Shown in pieces: positions 1-8,880 of a stretch of DNA of 64,000 nucleotides (position 1 is its first letter; each line of letters opens with the position of its first letter). Made by a program: the position numbers and the translations under genes. The notes beneath the pieces are model-generated. The model saw only the letters and a program-made list of their open reading frames with translations. It was not told the origin of the DNA and searched no databases. The stretch comes from an uncultured archaeon. GTDB lineage: Archaea; Hadarchaeota; Hadarchaeia; Hadarchaeales; WYZ-LMO6. The stretch covers positions 1 through 64,000 of the forward strand of contig CALJER010000005.1 in the NCBI GenBank assembly GCA_938074535.1. Direction: 5' to 3'.

Positions 1-459
1 GTAGTCCTCTATCCTGGTGGGGTCGATCCTGCCGTTCAGGGAGAGGAGGAGCCTGTGCTGGTGGCGGTAGAAGGGGAGGTCGGAGGCCCTCCTGATCCTC
101 TCCCCGGTGGCGGGGTCCTGGTAGAGGAGGCGGTCCACCACTCCCTTGGAGACCACTGCATCCACTACCTCCTTCACGTCGGAAGGCCTGACCGAAACGT
201 AGAAAGTCTCCTCGGGGTAGACCGTCTCCACCGGCTCCCTCTGGCAGAACCCGTTGCAGCCCGTCTCCTTCACCTCTATTTCTCCCGCCAGCCCCCTGCT
301 CTCTATTTCCTCCTCCAGGGCCGCGAAGACCTTGTCGCTCCCGGCGGCCAGGCCGCAGGCCGATTTGGTGCAGAGGGTGAGGAGGGGGCGGCGGGGATCC
401 CTGCCCCTAAGAAGCTCCTCCCTCCATCTGTCCAGGTCCGCGGGTGAGCTCAGCCTCAT
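1..459 (-). CDS. NuoF/HydB-like NADH-binding (diaphorase) subunit, N-terminal part, runs off the window edge
   Basis: Manual translation from ATG at 459 gives MRLSSPADLDRWREELLRGRDPRRPLLTLCTKSACGLAAGSDKVF...TGSARGSRWRR/thioredoxin-like 2Fe-2S N-domain. It overlaps the upstream NuoE-like stop by ATGA. Not in the ORF track because it is truncated. Confidence 0.65.
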   Translation of the reverse strand, partial: MRLSSPADLDRWREELLRGRDPRRPLLTLCTKSACGLAAGSDKVFAALEEEIESRGLAGEIEVKETGCNGFCQREPVETVYPEETFYVSVRPSDVKEVVDAVVSKGVVDRLLYQDPATGERIRRASDLPFYRHQHRLLLSLNGRIDPTRIEDY

Positions 460-1115
460 CCTCTCACCCTGGCCCCCACTTCCGCGGGCACGGCCGAGGG
501 CACGGCCTTCACTCCGAACTTCTCCAGCAGCCTCGCCACGGAGGCGGGCATGAGGTTTCCGTAGTAGTCGTCGTTGATCATGATCACGGGCCCCATCGCA
601 CAGCACCCCAGGCAGTTGACGGTCTCGAGGGTGAACTGGAGGTCGGGGGTGGTCTCACCGGGCGAGATGCCCAGGAGATTCGCTATCCTCTCCAGGATCA
701 TCTGCGAACCCCTCACCTGGCAGGAAGTACCCATGCACACCCTGATGAGGTTCCTCCCCCTGGGGCTCAGGGTGAAGGCCTTGTAGAAGGTGACGATGCG
801 GTAGACACTGCTCAGAGGCACGTTGAGCTGTCTGCTCACCTCCATCGGAAGCCAGCCCAGCCCCTTCTACAGCCTCAGCAAAATCTGGATCAGCTTAGTC
901 CTGTCATAGCCGAACTCCTCCAGGACCTTGTTCACCAGGCTGCCCATCCCGGTGAGCCTCACCTGCTGCTCGGGCTGTGGCTCCGGCACCCTTTCCTTCT
1001 CCGCACCCTCCGGCAGCCTGACCTTGAACCTGCAGCGGGGACAGGTGGTGTAGAAGGCCCCCTTCCCGCGGTAATCCCAGACGTACCCGCAGTGCTGACA
1101 CTTTACCTTACTCAC
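456..1115 (-). pseudogene. NuoE/HydC-like 2Fe-2S subunit with N-terminal Zn ribbon, interrupted by an in-frame TAG at 867-869
   Basis: ORFs 867..1115 and 456..845 are in the same frame, reading IQILLRL*KGLGWLPMEVSRQL. The C-terminal part has the NuoE motifs VTFY, CMGTSC and CLGCCAMGP. Confidence 0.75.
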
Positions 1116-1259
1116 CTACTCACCGACCTACTTTACTTACCTCCATTTTTATATACTTTTTCCTTATAATATAAATATCGCTAATGCAATATATTACAGA
1201 TACTTATTGCCCTTTACCGCACCAAACGGCATAACTTGATAATACTAAGAAAGGAAGGA

Positions 1260-1469
1260 CTACCGCCTGACGTGAGACCATCCCGTCCCCTCGCAGGAGG
1301 GACACATCAGGTGCTCCCTGGTCCTGCCGGTCCCGCCGCACAGCCCGCACCTGGTGGGAGGGGAGGCCACCCTCACGCTCCCCTCCCCCCTGCAGGCGGG
1401 ACACTTCGCGTTGCAGCACCCCCATCCGCTCCCCCTGCACCAGGCGCAGGTGACCCTGACCTCCTCCAC
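1260..1469 (-). CDS. Stand-alone DnaJ-type cysteine-rich zinc-finger microprotein
   Basis: Four CxxCxGxG repeats in 69 aa, 6 nt downstream of the phoU-like gene. Confidence 0.75.
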   Translation of the reverse strand: MEEVRVTCAWCRGSGWGCCNAKCPACRGEGSVRVASPPTRCGLCGGTGRTREHLMCPSCEGTGWSHVRR

Positions 1470-1475
1470 CTCCCC

Positions 1476-2507
1476 CTACCCCCCGGACTCGCCGGGACTC
1501 TCGGTCAAAGGATACCCAAAGGTGTGGTTGATCACGGTCTTGGCTATCTCCCCACCGCAGGTGTAGATATCCATGAGATTGGCCCTCACCAGGCAGGTGG
1601 AGCACACCGCGAAGGGGCGCTTCTCCTTCTTGGCCATCTCCCCCAGCACCTGCATGTTCAGGTCCTCCATCTCTCCCGCCGCGTCCAGCACCCTGTTGGC
1701 CTTCTCCGTGTCCTTCCCCCAAAAGGCCTCCACCGCCTCCTCGAAATGCACGTAAGAGGCCTGCCCCATGTTCACCACCTTCTCCAGCACGGAGGGGTGG
1801 AACTTCTCCTCCTGGTGCACCAGCAGGTTGGAGATGTTGACCGCCAGGTCGGCCACCCTCTCCATCTGCTGAATGAAGTTCTGGTAGTCCAGACAGTCCA
1901 GGAGGTTGATCCCTATTCTCCCCGCTATCACGGGATCGAAGGCGGCGTTCCTCAGCATCCTGAGGAGGAGGAGGGAAAAGCGATCCACGTCCTCGTCCAG
2001 GGAAGCCACGGTCTTTGCCAGCTCGGCGTTTTCCTCGTGGAGGGCCTTCAGCATGTCAGCGCACATGGAGGCCACGATGGTGTGCATCCTCTTCATGCCG
2101 GTGCGGAGGGAAATCTTTGACATGTCCAGGAGGCTCTCGATGACGAATTCCTGGGAATCCGCCTTCATGATCCTCAGGTAGAGCTTGCCCGCTATGTCCC
2201 TCACCGTCTGCTGCTGCTCGGCGTCGAAGACCTCCCTGGACACTATCCGGAAGCGGGAGGCCCCGTTCAGATATCCCGACACCACCTCCCTGAGGAAGGC
2301 CTCTTTCTTCTTGTCCTTCTCGAAGTCGATGGTGAGCTCCCTCTCCGCCTCCTTGAGCTCCTTGGGGTAGACCACCAGGGACCCGTCTCCCCTCATACTC
2401 ACATGAACGACCCTTCCGGGCTCCAGCCCGTGGAGATCCACCCACTGCTTCGGAAGTGAAACCACCAGTGTCGACTTCCCCAGCTGCACCACTTTCCTGG
2501 GCTGCAC
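1476..2507 (-). CDS. phoU: Archaeal phosphate-uptake regulator, AbrB-type DNA-binding domain plus PhoU repeats
   Basis: N-terminal RKVVQLGKSTLVVSLPKQW, then DEDVDR and ERVADLA PhoU motifs. Confidence 0.85.
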   Translation of the reverse strand: MQPRKVVQLGKSTLVVSLPKQWVDLHGLEPGRVVHVSMRGDGSLVVYPKELKEAERELTIDFEKDKKKEAFLREVVSGYLNGASRFRIVSREVFDAEQQQTVRDIAGKLYLRIMKADSQEFVIESLLDMSKISLRTGMKRMHTIVASMCADMLKALHEENAELAKTVASLDEDVDRFSLLLLRMLRNAAFDPVIAGRIGINLLDCLDYQNFIQQMERVADLAVNISNLLVHQEEKFHPSVLEKVVNMGQASYVHFEEAVEAFWGKDTEKANRVLDAAGEMEDLNMQVLGEMAKKEKRPFAVCSTCLVRANLMDIYTCGGEIAKTVINHTFGYPLTESPGESGG

Positions 2508-2640
2508 GTAACTAATTTCTCTTTCATATATATATCCCTCTGTTCTTTACCTGAGTTTACCTTCCTTCGTTTAATATATAAATTTAGCAATTATATGTAT
2601 TATATGGAAAAAGTATTTATTTTAATCCCTGCTATAAGGA
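2508..2640. promoter_or_regulatory. AT-rich divergent promoter region with several TATATA-like elements
   Basis: catatatatat, ttaatatataaa and ttatatgtattatatg sit in an otherwise very GC-rich background. Confidence 0.55.
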
Positions 2641-2644
2641 AAAG

Positions 2645-2809
2645 ATGCTAAAAATAATAAAGGTGGAAAAACGCTTCGGGAGGCTCAGGTTGGTGGTGTG
2701 CCTCCCAAATCCGGGGGCACGAGGGGATGCCCAACGGCGGAAGCAAAGTCCCCCCCAAAGGATCCCTGAAGCCCCTTCTACCTTCCCGGAAATTCTTGGG
2801 AGGTCCTGA
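2645..2809 (+). pseudogene. Possible decayed N-terminus of an ABC-transporter ATPase
   Basis: Starts MLKIIKVEKRFGRL; a shifted frame gives GMPNGGSK, a degenerate Walker A. Ends in the hairpin ggaggtcc-tga-ggacctcc followed by tttt. Confidence 0.35.
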
Positions 2810-2922
2810 GGACCTCCTTTTATGTTTTTAATATTGGGTATATATCTTTTGAAATTTGTTATGAAATCTATCCCAAAAGTATATAAACCTGCGGAAAGTA
2901 TGTATAAACGGAGGTGAGAAAA

Positions 2923-4617
2923 ATGAAAACCCTGGAGTTGGAACCTCTGGACAAGAGGTGGACGGTGCTGATGGTGGAGAAGGAGTACGACGAACCCCTC
3001 TGGGAGCTGGACGAGGTTCTGTTCCCCCGTCTCCCCAAAGCCCTCGAAGTGATCCGGACCCCCTCCGTGGCCTTCAGGGAGTTCCTCTGGGAGCTCCTGA
3101 CCAGGGAGAGACCGGACTTCGTCACCGACGAGAAGGGAAGGAGAAGCGACAGGGAGTTCTACGAGGAAAACCCGGTGGCCCTGATATGCAAGGAGAAGGG
3201 GATACCCCTCTACCCCGCCGATGTGGACGAGAACGCCAGGTACCACCTGGAGGGAAAGGCGAACGAGCTCAGGGGAAAAAGGGACGAGATCCTGAGGGTG
3301 CTTGCCCGCAAAAGAAGGGGCGAGAAGCTCTCCCCCCAGCAGCTCGAGTACCTGAAGGCCTACGCCCAGTACCTGCACCAGGAGCTGGAGGAAGAGGTGA
3401 GGAAGGCGGAGTTCGAGGTCAGGGAAGCCTGGATCACCATGGGGATCCTGGAGAGGGCCAGGAAAGCGGGCAAAGAAGGGGTTCTGGTGGTCCACCTGAG
3501 CAGCCCCAGGCACGTGGAAGGTGTGGCGAGGCTTCTCAGGTCGATGGGGGCGAACCTCACCCACGTGAAGCTGGAGAAGAGGGCCCTCCCCAACCTGAGA
3601 ATGAATTTTCCCCCCACCAGGCTGGGGAGGGACCTCCAGCTGCCCGGCTTCGAGGTCGTGCCCACGGTGAGGGCCGTTGGGAAGGAGGAGCTGCCCTCCC
3701 TCCTTTTTTTTCTCGACACCGAGCCACACGCGAGCCCCTTCGACATCTCGCTGGCCTATGACGTGGGCTTCGACGCGGTCATCCCCTACGCGGGGGTGAA
3801 GCCCGAGGATGCCAGGAACATCGTCCAGGATGCCCTCTTCTCCAGGGGGCCGAAAGGAGTGAAGTACTCCACCTTCCTCATAGGCGGGAGGTCCCTGGAG
3901 GAGGCCGAGGAGATCCTGAGGGTGGTGAGGGAGAACATGTTCCACCCCTTCGAGACCTCGGTGGTAATAGACCCGCACGGTGCCTACACCACCTCCGCGG
4001 CCCTCGTGGCCAAGGTGGAGGAAGGGACCAGGAAGCTGGGGATGGCGGGAGAAGGCCTGAAGGCGGTGGTGCTCGCTGGGACGGGGCCGGTGGGGATGGC
4101 TTCGGCCGCCCTCCTGGGCAGGCTGGGCTTTCGGGTGTACCTCACTTCCAGGAAGGAGGAGAGGGCCAGGAGGAGCGCCCAGGTAATCCTGGAGAGATGG
4201 GGCGTCAGGGTGGAGGGCGCACAGGTGGACGACCAGGAAAAAACCTTCGAAATACTCAGGGATGCCTCCGTGGTGGTGGCGAGCGGGGCCCCCGGAGTGG
4301 AGCTGATCTCCGGGCAGACCCTGGAGAGGCTGGAGGGAGGCTACAGGATCATGGCCGACATCAACGCCGTCCCGCCCGGCGGGATCGCCGGACTGAAGCC
4401 CGACTGCGACCTCGTGGAGTTCCGCCCCGGGATCTTCGGGATAGGGGCGCTGGCGGTGGGCAGGCTCAAGAACAGGGTCGAGAAGGAAATCCTCACCAGG
4501 GCCAGGACGACCGGAAAGGGGGTGTACGACCTGGACTGCGCCTTCAGGACCGCCAGGGAGCTCCTCGCTGAAAGGGGGAGGGAGATAAAGCTGGCCCCGC
4601 TGCAGATCACCTACTGA
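2923..4617 (+). CDS. NAD(P)-dependent methylene-H4MPT/H4F dehydrogenase (MtdA/MtdB family) with a ~255-aa N-terminal TraB/TIKI-like domain
   Basis: C-terminal half has SPFDISLAYDVGFD, VQDALFSRGPKG, DPHGAYTTSAA, AGTGPVG and DINAVPPGGIAG. SD ggaggtga at 2910-2917 supports ATG 2923. Confidence 0.85.
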   Translation: MKTLELEPLDKRWTVLMVEKEYDEPLWELDEVLFPRLPKALEVIRTPSVAFREFLWELLTRERPDFVTDEKGRRSDREFYEENPVALICKEKGIPLYPADVDENARYHLEGKANELRGKRDEILRVLARKRRGEKLSPQQLEYLKAYAQYLHQELEEEVRKAEFEVREAWITMGILERARKAGKEGVLVVHLSSPRHVEGVARLLRSMGANLTHVKLEKRALPNLRMNFPPTRLGRDLQLPGFEVVPTVRAVGKEELPSLLFFLDTEPHASPFDISLAYDVGFDAVIPYAGVKPEDARNIVQDALFSRGPKGVKYSTFLIGGRSLEEAEEILRVVRENMFHPFETSVVIDPHGAYTTSAALVAKVEEGTRKLGMAGEGLKAVVLAGTGPVGMASAALLGRLGFRVYLTSRKEERARRSAQVILERWGVRVEGAQVDDQEKTFEILRDASVVVASGAPGVELISGQTLERLEGGYRIMADINAVPPGGIAGLKPDCDLVEFRPGIFGIGALAVGRLKNRVEKEILTRARTTGKGVYDLDCAFRTARELLAERGREIKLAPLQITY

Positions 4618-4651
4618 ATCCCTTTTATTCCCCGGGAGGAAGGAGGGAAGG

Positions 4652-4939
4652 ATGGGAGCCGACCCCAGCTGGCTCGTCCCGCTCATCGCCCCCTTCCTGA
4701 TAGGACTGGTGGTGGGAGCCATGATCAAGGCGGCCGCGAAGTTCGTCCTCCTCCTGCTGGTGCTGGTGGCCATCCTGGCCGTGACCGGACTCATCGCCTT
4801 TTCCGTCGAGGACCTGCTGGGAAGGGCCATGGACTACCTGCCCAACCTCCTGAGGACGGGGAGCGCCGCCAAGGACGTCCTCCCCTACACCTCCCTCAGC
4901 TTCATCCTGGGCCTGCTGCTGGGGCTCTGGAAGCTCTAG
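4652..4939 (+). CDS. Small membrane protein (3 predicted TM segments)
   Basis: Hydrophobic 95-aa ORF with a GGAGG SD and typical codon usage. Confidence 0.7.
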   Translation: MGADPSWLVPLIAPFLIGLVVGAMIKAAAKFVLLLLVLVAILAVTGLIAFSVEDLLGRAMDYLPNLLRTGSAAKDVLPYTSLSFILGLLLGLWKL

Positions 4940-4944
4940 GGACC

Positions 4945-5733
4945 TTGAGGATCCGCCCCGTCTTGGGCTTCCCCGCGCTCTCCCTCTCCGCGGAGAACGA
5001 GCGGGTGCTGGTGGTGGCCGACCTCCACCTGGGGATGGAGGGGGAGCTGGCGGAGCGCGGCATTTCCCTCCCCAGCCAGATCCCCTCCGCGCGCAGGAGG
5101 CTGGAGGAGGTGGTGGGAAGGGAGGAGCCCGACAGGCTGATCTTCCTGGGGGACGTGAAGCACAGCGTTCCCGCCAGCACCTGGAGGGAGTGGGCCGAGC
5201 TCCCTCCCTTCTTCGAGGCCCTGCTGAGGAGGGTGAAGAGGGTGGAGGTGGTGAAGGGGAACCACGACGGCGACATAGAGGGGATGGTCCCGCGCGGGGT
5301 GAGGGTCCACGGCGCGGGAGGGATAAGGATAGGGGAGGCGGGACTGCTGCACGGGCACACCTGGCCCTCAGGGGAGCTCTGGAGGGCGGAGGTGCTGGTG
5401 TGCGCCCACAGCCACCCCGCGGTGGAGTTCAGGGACCCGCTGGGGGGAAGGGTGGTGGCACCCGTCTGGCTCAGGGGAAGGCTGGACACCTCCCTCCTCC
5501 CCCCAGAAAGGAGGAAGGGGGCGGAGGGGCACAGGAGGGTGATCGTGCTGCCGGCCTTCGGCGAGCTGGTGGGAGGATACGCCGTCAACGGGCCCTCCTC
5601 CGAGGAGCTCCTGGGACCCCTCTTCCGCTGCGGGGCCGCGAGGATGGAGGAGATGGAGGCCTTCCTGCTGGACGGGACCTACCTGGGGAGGGTGGGAGAG
5701 CTGCCGGGGAAGCCTAATTACTCGGGAGGGTAG
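4945..5733 (+). CDS. Calcineurin-like metallophosphoesterase (COG1407-like)
   Basis: DLHLG, LGDVKH, GNHD, HGH and HSHP motifs. Confidence 0.85.
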   Translation: MRIRPVLGFPALSLSAENERVLVVADLHLGMEGELAERGISLPSQIPSARRRLEEVVGREEPDRLIFLGDVKHSVPASTWREWAELPPFFEALLRRVKRVEVVKGNHDGDIEGMVPRGVRVHGAGGIRIGEAGLLHGHTWPSGELWRAEVLVCAHSHPAVEFRDPLGGRVVAPVWLRGRLDTSLLPPERRKGAEGHRRVIVLPAFGELVGGYAVNGPSSEELLGPLFRCGAARMEEMEAFLLDGTYLGRVGELPGKPNYSGG

Positions 5734-5743
5734 AGAGGAAAGG

Positions 5744-5941
5744 ATGGGGGCGGTCTTCAGGCCGGAGGATGTGAGGAGGAGGGAGTGGGTGAGGAGGGCC
5801 CTGAGGGACCTGAGCCCCGAGGTGGTGGTGAGGGTGGAGGAGCTGCTGGCCAGGAAGGAGGAGGGGTGGGAGGGGGAGCTGGAGAGGCTGGTGGGGAGGG
5901 AGAGGAGCAGGAGGCTCCTGGAGGAGCTGGGAGGGCGATGA
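5744..5941 (+). CDS. Hypothetical small helical protein
   Basis: E/R/L-rich 65-aa ORF with genome-typical codon usage, co-oriented in the operon. Confidence 0.55.
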   Translation: MGAVFRPEDVRRREWVRRALRDLSPEVVVRVEELLARKEEGWEGELERLVGRERSRRLLEELGGR

Positions 5942-5942
5942 A

Positions 5943-6035
5943 ATGGTGGTGAAGGGTCTGGTCTACCTGCTCCTGTCCCTCCTCCTGCTGGGCCTCTACT
6001 TCCTCCTCCGCCTCTGCAGGAGGAGGATGGGCTAG
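5943..6035 (+). CDS. Putative single-TM microprotein (30 aa)
   Basis: Manual translation MVVKGLVYLLLSLLLLGLYFLLRLCRRRMG*; it exactly fills the gap between flanking genes. Confidence 0.5.
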   Translation: MVVKGLVYLLLSLLLLGLYFLLRLCRRRMG

Positions 6036-7214
6036 CTACCTCCCCTTCGCGGCCACTATGCTTATCACGTCGCCGTCCTTCAGCCGGTACTCCTCCCCCA
6101 CCCTGCGCTTCGTCCTGGCGTCTATGGCGTAGAGGAAGGATTCCCCCAGCTCCGTGTGGATCCTGTAGGCCAGCTGTCTGGCCGTGGTCCCCTTCGGCAC
6201 CAGGAAGGCATCGGGGAGGACGTTCCCGTCCTTGTCGGTGAGCTTGTTCTCGTCCTCCACGGGATAGACGGCGATCAGGCCCAGGAACCTGTAGACGGCG
6301 GTGTCCAGGCACTCCTGCACCCCCGTGCTTCCCCATCTCTCCATGTACTTCCTCACCGCCTCCAGCGCCCTGGCCTGCTCCGGGGTGAGGGCCTCCGGCT
6401 TCAGGACCTGGAAGGCGGGATCGCCGGGCCGGTAAGAGACCAGCCCTCTCTCGGCCGCCCTCCGCAGGAGCAGCTCGGCCTCGGAGCTGACCGGGACCAC
6501 GGTGTAGCCCGCCGCGCGCATCCTCTCCACGTTCTCCGCGGCCGGTCCGAGGTCGGCCTTGTTGGCCACCACCATGATGGGCTTGCTCAGCCTCCTGAGC
6601 TCCCTGGCCAGCTCCAGGGGGCGGGAGGGATCGAAGGGGGCGCGCTGGAGGGCGAGGGAAACCTGCTCCTCCGTGATGCCCAGGCCGCTCAGCCTCTTCG
6701 AGAGCTCCTCGGCCAGGTCCTCCCCCCTCAGCTCCACCGCCCTGGCGAACTTCTTCCACCCCCTCTCCAGGATCCCGCACAGCCACAGGTCTATCTCCTC
6801 CTCCAGGAAGGCGAGGTCCTCCAGCGGATCGTGGCTCCCCGGAGGACAGGGCCTCCCGTTCTCGTCCGTGGAGCCGGCGGCGTCCACCACGTGCAGGAGG
6901 GCGGAGGCCATGCGGAGGCTGTCCAGGAACCTGTTCCCCAGTCCCTTCCCCTGGTGCGCCCCCCTCACCAGACCGGCCACGTCGATGATCCTTACGGGGA
7001 TGTACCTCACCCCTCCCGCGCAGGCGGAGTTCCTGGGGTTGCACCTCACCCCGAACTCCGCGCAGGGACACCTTCCCCTGACGTGGGCCACGCCCACGTT
7101 GGGCTCTATGGTGGTGAAGGGGTAGTTGGCCACGGGCACGCTGGCCAGGGTGGCGGCGTTGAAGAAGGTGCTCTTCCCCGTGTTGGGTTTGCCCACCAGA
7201 CCCAGCTCTATCAT
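6036..7214 (-). CDS. ychF: Obg-family YchF-like ATPase/GTPase with TGS domain
   Basis: GKPNTGKST, YPFTTIEPN, DVAGL, GLGNRFL and NKAD motifs plus a C-terminal TGS domain. Confidence 0.9.
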   Translation of the reverse strand: MIELGLVGKPNTGKSTFFNAATLASVPVANYPFTTIEPNVGVAHVRGRCPCAEFGVRCNPRNSACAGGVRYIPVRIIDVAGLVRGAHQGKGLGNRFLDSLRMASALLHVVDAAGSTDENGRPCPPGSHDPLEDLAFLEEEIDLWLCGILERGWKKFARAVELRGEDLAEELSKRLSGLGITEEQVSLALQRAPFDPSRPLELARELRRLSKPIMVVANKADLGPAAENVERMRAAGYTVVPVSSEAELLLRRAAERGLVSYRPGDPAFQVLKPEALTPEQARALEAVRKYMERWGSTGVQECLDTAVYRFLGLIAVYPVEDENKLTDKDGNVLPDAFLVPKGTTARQLAYRIHTELGESFLYAIDARTKRRVGEEYRLKDGDVISIVAAKGR

Positions 7215-7549
7215 GGGGAACCCAGGTGCTCGAAGTAGTATCCGGGTTCCTTCTTGCTCCCGAAGCTCCTGAGACCCTTCTCCCTCAGCTGCTTCCTCAG
7301 CCCCCGCGCGTACTCAGGGGTGATCTCCCCCCTCCTCTCCAGGAAGTCTATGATCTCCTCCGCCTCCTTCTCGTTCTCGCACCTCCTCAGAAAGTCCACC
7401 GCGGAAGGGGAGAAGCCCTCCACCCCGGCGGCCCTCTCCGCCTCCCCCCTCTCCGTCCTGCTGCCGGAGATCCTCACCGTTCCCTCCCCGCCCATTTCCT
7501 CCGCCAGGCGGGGGAAGAGTTTCCTGAACTCCTCCGGGGTGAGCTCCAA
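7211..7549 (-). CDS. DUF2095-like conserved archaeal protein
   Basis: EEFRKLFPRLAEE, DFLRRC...EIIDFLERRGEI and GLRSFGSKKEPGYY. TTG start at 7549 follows the glmU stop. Confidence 0.75.
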   Translation of the reverse strand: MELTPEEFRKLFPRLAEEMGGEGTVRISGSRTERGEAERAAGVEGFSPSAVDFLRRCENEKEAEEIIDFLERRGEITPEYARGLRKQLREKGLRSFGSKKEPGYYFEHLGSP

Positions 7550-7550
7550 G

Positions 7551-8855
7551 CTACTCCTCCGAGGTCCCCGCTCCCGCCTCGCTTCCCCAGCTCCTGCGCT
7601 CGACAATGGGCCTGGCGAGGAAGATCTGCCTGGGGGGAACGTCCTCGTACACCACGGCCCCGGGCCCTATGGCGGAGTCCGGGCCTATCTTCACCCCCGG
7701 GTTGATCATGCAGTTCACGCCCGTCTTCACGTTGTCCGCTATGATGGTCCCGAGCTTCCTCCTCCTGGTCCTCACCCTGTTCCCCTCCACCTCCATCTCC
7801 ACCTCGGCCTCGTCGAGGCGCAGGTTGGCGATGGTGGTCCCCGCCCCCAGGTTGCACCCGCTCCCTATCACGGAGTCGCCCACGTAGGAGAGGTGGGCGA
7901 TGTGGGTGTGGTCCATCACGATGCTGTTCTTGATCTCCACCCCGTGCCCCACCCTGACGTGGTCCCCTATGTAGGTGCAGGGCCTGATGTAGCAGTTGGG
8001 CCCTATGTCGCAGTGCTTTCCTATGTACACGGGGCCCTCGATGTAGGAGCCGGACCTTATCCTCGTTCCCTCCCCCACGTACACGTTCTCCTCTATGTGC
8101 ACCCCGAACTCTATCTTCCCGTGGACCTCTCCCTTCTGCCTCTTCAGGAAGTACTCGTTCGCCACCAGCAGGTCCCACGGCCTCCCCAGGTCCGCCCAGA
8201 AGCTCAGGGGGGAGGCATAGATCTTCTTCCCCTCCTGAAGGAGCAGCTGCAGGGAGGAGGTGATCTCGTACTCCCCCCTCTCCGACCTCCCCGTCCTCCC
8301 TATGGCCCCGAAGATCTCGGGGGTGAAGATGTAGACACCCGCGTTCACCGTCCTGACCTCGGGGGCCCTGGGCTTCTCCTCCACCCTCACCACCCTTCCC
8401 CCCTCCAGATACACCACCCCGTACTGGCTGGGATCCTCCACCTCGCAGGTGGCCAGGCAGCCCCCGAAGTCGGGGGAGGAGGCCTTCTCGGCGTGAAGGT
8501 CCAGGAGACCCCTGAGGGATCCCTCGTCGGTGAGCGTGTCCCCGTTGATGACCAGGAAGTCCTCCTTCCCCACCCAGTCCCTCACCAGCGAAACGGCCTG
8601 CGCCGTGCCCAGCAGCTCCTGCTGGTGGAAGTAGGTGATCTTCAGGCCCAAACCCGAGCCGTCCCCGTACCTCTCCATGATCTGCTCCCTGCCGTAGCCC
8701 ACCACCATGCCCACCTCCTGGAAGGTCCCGAGCAGGAGCTCCAGCACCCTGTCCAGGGCGGGCTTTCCCGCCACGGGCAGGAGGAACTTGGGGCGGGTGA
8801 AGGTCAGGGGACGCATCCTCTTCCCCAGTCCTGCCGCCAGGACCACCGCCTTCAT
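7551..8855 (-). CDS. glmU: Bifunctional sugar-1-phosphate nucleotidyltransferase/acetyltransferase (GlmU)
   Basis: LAAGLGKRMRPLT..RPK plus hexapeptide repeats and HLSYVGDS; adjacent to glmM. Confidence 0.85.
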   Translation of the reverse strand: MKAVVLAAGLGKRMRPLTFTRPKFLLPVAGKPALDRVLELLLGTFQEVGMVVGYGREQIMERYGDGSGLGLKITYFHQQELLGTAQAVSLVRDWVGKEDFLVINGDTLTDEGSLRGLLDLHAEKASSPDFGGCLATCEVEDPSQYGVVYLEGGRVVRVEEKPRAPEVRTVNAGVYIFTPEIFGAIGRTGRSERGEYEITSSLQLLLQEGKKIYASPLSFWADLGRPWDLLVANEYFLKRQKGEVHGKIEFGVHIEENVYVGEGTRIRSGSYIEGPVYIGKHCDIGPNCYIRPCTYIGDHVRVGHGVEIKNSIVMDHTHIAHLSYVGDSVIGSGCNLGAGTTIANLRLDEAEVEMEVEGNRVRTRRRKLGTIIADNVKTGVNCMINPGVKIGPDSAIGPGAVVYEDVPPRQIFLARPIVERRSWGSEAGAGTSEE

Positions 8856-8880
8856 TCACCCTCCCTCTCCACCGCCCGAT

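Noticed and set aside
867-869. Pyrrolysine or global TAG recoding
   Set aside because: Many conserved genes here end properly at TAG (gap, pgk, glmU, dnaG), and no pyl genes are visible.
2632-4830. 732-aa minus-strand ORF and the many other long overlapping ORFs (e.g. 5368..7071, 8707..10446, 21992..23668, 58766..60709)
   Set aside because: Antisense or off-frame shadows of real genes caused by high GC3; they are Pro/Gly/Arg/His-rich with no motifs.
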